Positions 32,093 through 37,678 of a DNA stretch of 37,678 nucleotides are shown here, piece by piece. This stretch comes from an uncultured bacterium (GTDB lineage Bacteria; DUMJ01): positions 1 through 37,678 of the forward strand of contig CAZZLK010000049.1 in assembly GCA_964655195.1 (NCBI GenBank), written 5' to 3'. How positions within the stretch are numbered: position 1 is the first letter of the stretch; every line of letters starts with the position of its first letter. A model generated the notes under the pieces. It made no database searches and was not told the DNA's origin. It saw only the letters and a program-made list of their open reading frames with translations. A program made the translations under genes and the position numbers.

Positions 32093-32905
32093 CTAATTCA
32101 GGGAAATAAACCACTTGTCTTTTCTAAAGGCTAGATACCTTTCGGATATAAGATTAAGAGGCTTTTCTGCTATTGTAAAATTCTCACTCAGAAGTAAGAG
32201 AGGTTTGTCAAGCCCAAAGACTTTTGCATCATAAGAATTACCGGCAAGTCTATAAAATGTCTTACCTAGTTCTTCATACTCCTCTACACTTAACCTGTAC
32301 CTAAACCCTACTCTCATAGGGAGAGCTGAATGAACAAATGACCTGGGCATAACATACTCAGGGAAGATGCCTAGAAGCCAGAGACAAATATCTCCTATTC
32401 TTTTATACACAGGAAATCTCATATCTTCATCTATCATATCTGCCAACTTTAACATATCAAATACGTCTATATCAGAGAATTTTATCCTTCTGAGCCCTCT
32501 TCTCCCTTTAATTACATAATATATGGTTTGGCTCTCGGTCTTTGTAAAAGATACAAGCATATTTACAAGATAATCAAAGACATCATCTTCATTTATCAAT
32601 TCTCGCACCTTATCTATATCAAATACAGGGATCTTATGGTATCTATCCCTCTCTATAGTGTAGAGTTCTCTATTGAGGTCCATTCTTGCCTTCATCATAA
32701 GTACAGTAAAGAAGAGTTTAGGTGATATCTTCAGCATTATCTCATCATCGCTCATTATCCTAGAAAATAGTCTAGAATCCTCCAGCATACCTCTAATGAT
32801 CTCTTCGTCCTCTCTTACGACATCTATCTTATCTCTTAGCTCTGGAGATAATGTCTCTACTATAAACATAAGGTCACTTTCAGATAATCTGAAGATTTCC
32901 CTCAT
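32093..32905 (-). CDS. Hypothetical protein, 270 aa, acidic, no recognisable motif
   Basis: Long ORF with coding-like composition, 5 nt downstream of birA on the same strand. I recognise no TM helix and no catalytic motif. Confidence 0.5.
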   Translation of the reverse strand: MREIFRLSESDLMFIVETLSPELRDKIDVVREDEEIIRGMLEDSRLFSRIMSDDEIMLKISPKLFFTVLMMKARMDLNRELYTIERDRYHKIPVFDIDKVRELINEDDVFDYLVNMLVSFTKTESQTIYYVIKGRRGLRRIKFSDIDVFDMLKLADMIDEDMRFPVYKRIGDICLWLLGIFPEYVMPRSFVHSALPMRVGFRYRLSVEEYEELGKTFYRLAGNSYDAKVFGLDKPLLLLSENFTIAEKPLNLISERYLAFRKDKWFISLN

Positions 32906-32910
32906 ACCTC

Positions 32911-33663
32911 TTACCTCCAGATTGTTCTCAGGTTCTCTTCCAGAATCAATTCATCTGTCGAATATATCTTTTTCCTCCGTCCATTTGTAACAACTACGAG
33001 TGCACCATCGTTAGATACATCAGTTACTATACCTTCCAATATATTATTATAACTCCTAAACTTTACCCTTTCACCCAGCATACAGCAAGCCTTTTTCCAT
33101 TCTTTAATTAACAGTTCGCTTCCGTCTATAAACAGGTCAAAGTTTATAGAGAACTCTCTGATAATACTGAATAGTAATTCCATCCTGTCTATCTCTCTCC
33201 CCAGGATTCTTCTTAAAGAGATAGCATTTGATAGATAAGGTGGAAAATCTACTGTATTTACATTTATGCCGATACCAATTATTACAAAATCCTCGAAGTT
33301 TTCACCCAGTACACCGCCCAGTTTTTTCCCATCAAATATGATATCATTAGGCCATTTCAAACTTATAGGGACTGCAAGATGAGAGATTATACCTTTTCTA
33401 ACAATTACACTTGCCAGTAGAGTTATAAGCTGTCTATTTTTTAAAGATCTACCATCAATTATTACGGAGAAGGATAGAGAAGTCTCATCTGAAAACCAGG
33501 GTCTATAGTCTTTCCCTCTCCCTGCCCACTGACTGTCAGCCAAGATTACCATATTCCTTTCTCCTAACTTAGCCAGTTTAAAAGCTACATCCATAGTTGA
33601 CGATACTTCTTTCAGAGAAATAAGCCTTCTAAAAGGGGAAATATCTAAAGGAAATTCAAGCAT
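32911..33663 (-). CDS. birA: Biotin--[acetyl-CoA-carboxylase] ligase, class I (no N-terminal HTH)
   Basis: 250 aa. Blocks SQWAGRGKDYRPWFS (GRGRxGRxW-like loop), LKWPNDIIFDGKKLGGVLGE and IGIGINV. Confidence 0.85.
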   Translation of the reverse strand: MLEFPLDISPFRRLISLKEVSSTMDVAFKLAKLGERNMVILADSQWAGRGKDYRPWFSDETSLSFSVIIDGRSLKNRQLITLLASVIVRKGIISHLAVPISLKWPNDIIFDGKKLGGVLGENFEDFVIIGIGINVNTVDFPPYLSNAISLRRILGREIDRMELLFSIIREFSINFDLFIDGSELLIKEWKKACCMLGERVKFRSYNNILEGIVTDVSNDGALVVVTNGRRKKIYSTDELILEENLRTIWR

Positions 33664-33674
33664 AATACCGATAA

Positions 33675-34892
33675 CTATCTGCTTAAGGTCTGTATAATCT
33701 GGAATATAGGCATATACATAGCTATTACTATAAAACCAACCAGCCCACCGACAAATACTATGAGAATAGGCTCCAATAGAGAGGTAAGAGTAGTAATCAT
33801 AGCATCTAGCTCTCCATCATAGTATACTCCAACTCTATTGAGCATCTCGTCAACTAATCCACTCTCTTCACCTACCGCTGTCATATATCCGAGCATAGGG
33901 GGGAAGAGGTCACTTCTTATAAAGGTAGCAGATAGCTGTTCTCCTTCAGAGATTCTTCTTCTGGCATCATCTACGGCATTCATATAGGGGACACTGTCTA
34001 ACGTCTCTTTTACCACATCTAATGCAGTTATTATAGGCACACCCCCAGAGATAAGTATGCTCAAGGTATGGCATAACCTGGAGAGAATCATAAGCTTCTG
34101 AATCCTGCCTATTATCGGAATCCTTAATATAAACCTATCCCATAGTTCTTTTCCCTTCGGTTTAGAAGTAATTAATCTAAACAGGAGATATAAAACCAAT
34201 ACTATCGAAAGGATAACATACCAGTAATTTCTAAGTGTACTGCTTAATTCCATCACTATCTTAGTAGGGAGAGGAATTGGCGCCTCAAATGATAACAAGA
34301 GATTTAAAAATGTTGGAAGAACATATGTAAGCAAAAAGATTACCATAATTACAGCCATACCTATAATGGCTATAGGATATGCAGATGCACCCTTTATCTT
34401 CCTGGTAATCTCTTCGTTTTTCTCATAGTATGTAGCAAGTCTATCAAACATTACATCAAGGATACCGCCAGTCTCTCCTACTCTAACTAGACTTATATAC
34501 AATCTGGGGAATATATCTCTGTGTTTGGCTAAAGCCTGTGACAGTGCTGTTCCAGACTCTACTTCTCTTCGTATATCCTCTATAGCCAGCTTTAACCTTG
34601 CGTTTCTCGTTTCCTGTGAAAGGATCCCTAAAGCCCTAACCAGAGCTACCCCTGCTCTTAACATAGTAGCAAACTGTCTTGTAAATACTACCAGGTCTCT
34701 AAGGGAAATCCTCTGTAGGTTTATCAGAAATTTGTTTATGTCAAAATATACCTTCTTTTCTCTTACAGATACGACTATAAGTCCTTGTTCCTGTAATCTT
34801 CTTATAACGACATTTTCATCTTCAGCTGTGATAGAACCATCTCTCCATTGCCCTGTCCTTTTCTCTCTAGCCCTGTACAAAAACTCTTTCAT
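33675..34892 (-). CDS. pilC: Type IV pilus assembly platform protein PilC (GspF family)
   Basis: 405 aa with two GspF-type repeats and 3 TM helices. Start overlaps the pilT stop. Confidence 0.88.
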   Translation of the reverse strand: MKEFLYRAREKRTGQWRDGSITAEDENVVIRRLQEQGLIVVSVREKKVYFDINKFLINLQRISLRDLVVFTRQFATMLRAGVALVRALGILSQETRNARLKLAIEDIRREVESGTALSQALAKHRDIFPRLYISLVRVGETGGILDVMFDRLATYYEKNEEITRKIKGASAYPIAIIGMAVIMVIFLLTYVLPTFLNLLLSFEAPIPLPTKIVMELSSTLRNYWYVILSIVLVLYLLFRLITSKPKGKELWDRFILRIPIIGRIQKLMILSRLCHTLSILISGGVPIITALDVVKETLDSVPYMNAVDDARRRISEGEQLSATFIRSDLFPPMLGYMTAVGEESGLVDEMLNRVGVYYDGELDAMITTLTSLLEPILIVFVGGLVGFIVIAMYMPIFQIIQTLSR

Positions 34893-35980
34893 AACCTAAC
34901 AGGTTCTCCTATTATTCTCAGCATCTCTTCTCTATTTGTTACATTATACAGGAAGTCTTCCATTGTGATCTCTCCATTTTTATATAGATTGAGCAGTGAC
35001 TGGTCCATACTTACCATACCAAACTGGCTCCCTGTCTGGATGACGTTTGGTATCATATGCACCTTTCCCTCTCTTATGAGATTCCTAACTGCAGGAGTTG
35101 CTATGAGAAGCTCTACTGCTACCACCCTACCTCTAAGCATCCCATCACTCAGTATCTTTTCCTTTTTCCTTGGTAGAAGCCTCTGCGATATAATAGCCTC
35201 TATGGTATTACTCAGCTGTAATTTTATCTGTTCCTGCTGATGAGGAGGAAAGACATCTATTATCCTCTCTACTGTCTGGGCAGCATTATTTGTGTGCAGT
35301 GTAGCTAACACTAAATGCCCAGTTTCTGCCGCAGTTATGGCAGCTTGAATTGTTTCTAGGTCTCTCATCTCTCCAATGAGAATCACATCAGGGTCCTCTC
35401 TTAAGACAGACCTAAGAGCATTGGCAAAAGAGAGTGTATCGCTACCCACTTCCCTCTGGTTTACTATACTCTTCTTATGTGTGTGCATATACTCTATAGG
35501 GTCCTCTATTGTTACTATATGACAGTCACGAGTTTCATTTATCAGATCTATCATAGAGGCAAGGGTAGTAGATTTACCGCTTCCCGTTGGACCAGTAACC
35601 AGGATAAGACCTTTCGGTTTTTTGGTCAATTCTCCTAATATAGGAGGAAGACCGAGCTCATCAAGTTTGGGGATTCTGTAGGGGATACTCCTTATGGCCA
35701 ATCCTATGGAACCCCTCTGATGAAATATGTTTATCCTAAACCTCCCCACCCCAGGCAATCCGTAAGAGAAGTCCAGTTCCTTATTCTGTTCAAATTTTTC
35801 CCTCTGTTCAGGATTCATTAGGGCATAGGCCAAAGCCTTCGTATCATCTGGCGTAAGTCTTGGAAATTCTGTTCTAACAAGTCTTCCATATATCCTCAGG
35901 GTTGGTGGAACCCCAACGGTTAGATGGAGGTCAGACGCATTCCTCTCATATAAAAGTCTAAGCAATTCCTCTATATTCAT
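34889..35980 (-). CDS. pilT: Type IV pilus retraction ATPase PilT
   Basis: 363 aa. N-terminal ASDLHLTVGVPPTLRIYGRL, Walker A GPTGSGKSTTLA, and the Asp/His boxes (IGEMRDLETI, TGHLVLATLHTN). Confidence 0.9.
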   Translation of the reverse strand: MNIEELLRLLYERNASDLHLTVGVPPTLRIYGRLVRTEFPRLTPDDTKALAYALMNPEQREKFEQNKELDFSYGLPGVGRFRINIFHQRGSIGLAIRSIPYRIPKLDELGLPPILGELTKKPKGLILVTGPTGSGKSTTLASMIDLINETRDCHIVTIEDPIEYMHTHKKSIVNQREVGSDTLSFANALRSVLREDPDVILIGEMRDLETIQAAITAAETGHLVLATLHTNNAAQTVERIIDVFPPHQQEQIKLQLSNTIEAIISQRLLPRKKEKILSDGMLRGRVVAVELLIATPAVRNLIREGKVHMIPNVIQTGSQFGMVSMDQSLLNLYKNGEITMEDFLYNVTNREEMLRIIGEPVRL

Positions 35981-37647
35981 AATCCCCCCGCATAAACTGT
36001 TCTTAATATCTCACTATAAGTAGTTATTCCATTTCTTACTTTTAATTTTGCATCCTCCCAAAGGGTCCTCATCCCCTTTTTAACCGCAGTCTCTCTTATC
36101 ACATTTGCAGGGACCTTGTCTACTATCATAGACCTTATCTCATCATCTACCATTAATAGTTCAAATATCCCTATCCTCCCCCTGTAACCAGTATGTCTAC
36201 AAGCCTCGCATCCCTTACCCTCATATATTATGTCATTCTCACCTAGTTTCAATACCTTTATCTCTTCTTCAGTAGGTTGCTTAGGGACCTTGCATTTTGA
36301 ACATATCCTTCTGGCTAATCTTTGGGCAAGGATACCAATAACCGAGGATGAGATCAAAAATGGCTCTATCCCCATATCCATCAGTCTTGCTATAGCTCCT
36401 GCAGAATCATTCGTGTGGATTGTACTCAAGACAAGGTGTCCTGTAAGGGCCGCCTGGACTGCTATCTCTGCGGTTTCCCTGTCTCTAATCTCACCAATCA
36501 TAATTATATCCGGGTCCTGCCTAAGAATACTCCTTAATCCATTGGCAAAGGTAAGACCAACTTTAGTATTTACCTGGACCTGATTTATCCTGGGGAATTG
36601 ATACTCGACTGGATCTTCTACGGTAATAATATTCTTCTCCGGTGTGCTTATCTTTGCCAATGCAGAGTACAGGGTAGTCGTCTTTCCGCTTCCAGTCGGA
36701 CCTGTTACCAGAATCATACCATAAGGCCTCTGTATAAGCCAATCAAACTTTTCCAAAACATCCTCAGTGAACCCAAGTTTCTCAAGCCCAATAAGTGGTG
36801 CAGACCTGTCCAGTAATCTCAGCACTATCTTCTCTCCATGAATTGTAGGGAGAGTCGAGACGCGAAAATCTATTATCTTACCCTGAGAGGTTACTCTAAA
36901 CCTACCATCCTGAGGGAGTCTCCTCTCTGCTATATCCATATTTGCAAGGATCTTTATTCTAGCCACCAGAGTTGGAAAGATCTTCTTAGGAGGGGACATT
37001 ACATCGTAAAGAACTCCATCAACCCTGAACCTTACCTTTACATCATTCTCTGTTGGTTCTATGTGTATGTCACTGGCTCCCTCTTGAACCGCCTGTGTAA
37101 TGGTTAGATTAACCAGCCTTACTACAGGAGCCTCATCCTCCAGTACTTCTACTGGAGCCTCCGTTTCCTCTTCGGTAGGAGCTATATTTAGAAGTGTTTC
37201 TTCTAAACCTTTCTGTATGGTGTATATCTTGTCTAACGCCTGACTTATCTGCTTCTCAGAAGCAAGGACAGGTTCGACTTCCCTGCCAGTTATTATCCTT
37301 ACATCATCTAGGGCATATATATTTACCGGATTTGTCATTGCTACTACTATCTTATCTCCATTCAACTTTATAGGTATAATCTTATAGCGTCTGCTTATAT
37401 GCTCCGGAATAAGTTTAACTACATCTGGATCAATAGCTATCTCTTCCAGGTTTACATAGGGAACATTATAGATCTCAGAAAGGGCAGAATAGAGGTCCTC
37501 TTCAGTTATCAAACCCATCTTCAAGAGTATCTCTCCTAGTCTTTCTCCTGTTCTTTCCTGAATGGAGATAGCCTTCCGAAGGGTCTCTTCATTAATGATC
37601 CCTTTTTCTACAAGTATCTCTCCAAGTTTCTTCTTCTGACTCACCAT
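35977..37647 (-). CDS. pilB: Type IV pilus assembly ATPase PilB (GspE family)
   Basis: 556 aa. N-terminal T2SSE_N-type domain (LGEILVEKGIINEETLRKAISIQ), Walker A GPTGSGKTTTLY, and the tetracysteine motif CSKCK...CEACRHTGYRGR. Confidence 0.92.
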   Translation of the reverse strand: MVSQKKKLGEILVEKGIINEETLRKAISIQERTGERLGEILLKMGLITEEDLYSALSEIYNVPYVNLEEIAIDPDVVKLIPEHISRRYKIIPIKLNGDKIVVAMTNPVNIYALDDVRIITGREVEPVLASEKQISQALDKIYTIQKGLEETLLNIAPTEEETEAPVEVLEDEAPVVRLVNLTITQAVQEGASDIHIEPTENDVKVRFRVDGVLYDVMSPPKKIFPTLVARIKILANMDIAERRLPQDGRFRVTSQGKIIDFRVSTLPTIHGEKIVLRLLDRSAPLIGLEKLGFTEDVLEKFDWLIQRPYGMILVTGPTGSGKTTTLYSALAKISTPEKNIITVEDPVEYQFPRINQVQVNTKVGLTFANGLRSILRQDPDIIMIGEIRDRETAEIAVQAALTGHLVLSTIHTNDSAGAIARLMDMGIEPFLISSSVIGILAQRLARRICSKCKVPKQPTEEEIKVLKLGENDIIYEGKGCEACRHTGYRGRIGIFELLMVDDEIRSMIVDKVPANVIRETAVKKGMRTLWEDAKLKVRNGITTYSEILRTVYAGGL

Positions 37648-37678
37648 ATTACATATTTTCCTCTACCAGTCTAGAACT

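Noticed and set aside
34525-35240. Two plus-strand ORFs (124 and 130 aa) opposite pilC/pilT. Similar ones occur at 36230-37107 opposite pilB and at 25429-26373 opposite anmK/acpS.
   Set aside because: They are antisense to highly conserved motor and enzyme genes, are Ser/Leu/Ile-rich and have no start context. Judged spurious.
1-37678. Search for CRISPR arrays, tRNA/rRNA genes, IS elements, integrases, prophage or toxin-antitoxin pairs.
   Set aside because: Non-coding space is limited to short spacers of 245 nt or less. None shows repeat-spacer structure, cloverleaf potential or terminal inverted repeats, and no ORF resembles a transposase, integrase or Cas protein. The two M55 peptidase genes and the three TIM-barrel genes are diverged paralogs, not recent mobile duplications.

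Overview
AT-rich, very densely coding chromosomal segment of a bacterium, with about 40 CDSs. I found no rRNA, tRNA, CRISPR array, transposase or integrase. Proteins are Ile/Lys/Glu-rich and most genes carry GGAGG-type Shine-Dalgarno sites, which fits a low-GC, possibly thermophilic lineage but does not prove it.

Gene order:
- 1-6253 (+): a sugar/aminosugar-type cluster. It holds an M55 peptidase, two amidohydrolase-fold paralogs, a xylose-isomerase-like TIM barrel, a DegT-family aminotransferase, an MFS transporter and a Gfo/Idh/MocA oxidoreductase.
- 6333-7936 (+): a perfect consensus parS followed by parA(soj)-parB(spo0J).
- 7944-11430 (-): a peptide-type ABC importer with a binding protein and two permeases but no ATPases.
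- 11519-13515 (-): an ABC-2 exporter pair.
- 13587-16594: scattered TIM-barrel and URO-D-family enzymes.
- 15641-18495 (-): an operon encoding a secreted 7-blade beta-propeller, a membrane-anchored molybdopterin oxidoreductase domain and a TIM barrel.
- 18624-20059 (+): a cytidylate-kinase-like/nuclease-like fusion protein translationally coupled to hpt.
- 20274-21789 (+): a second M55 peptidase and a SIMPL protein.
- 21798-26495 (-): a mixed operon of acpS, anmK, an orphan 2-oxoacid:ferredoxin oxidoreductase gamma subunit, an M20 peptidase, a VOC protein and an oligogalacturonate-lyase-like protein.
- 26542-27561 (+): an LPG-synthase-TM-like membrane protein.
- 27567-29989 (-): a wHTH regulator, radical SAM enzyme and cupin operon behind a consensus promoter and a palindromic operator.
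- 30235-31974 (+): a methyl-accepting chemotaxis protein.
- 32093-37647 (-): pilB-pilT-pilC-birA plus an unknown 270-aa protein.

Best candidates for undescribed biology:
- The regulator/radical SAM/cupin operon.
- The kinase-like/PD-(D/E)xK-like fusion coupled to hpt.
- The beta-propeller/Mo-enzyme/TIM-barrel operon.
- The oxidoreductase-aminotransferase cluster, which contains a pseudo-enzyme amidohydrolase paralog.

Non-coding observations:
- An 11-bp-phased TTAAGA repeat array.
- Recurrent extended -10 promoters.
- Three apparently leaderless genes.
- An MFS gene with no canonical start codon.

All family assignments come from motif recognition by eye. None is backed by a database search.
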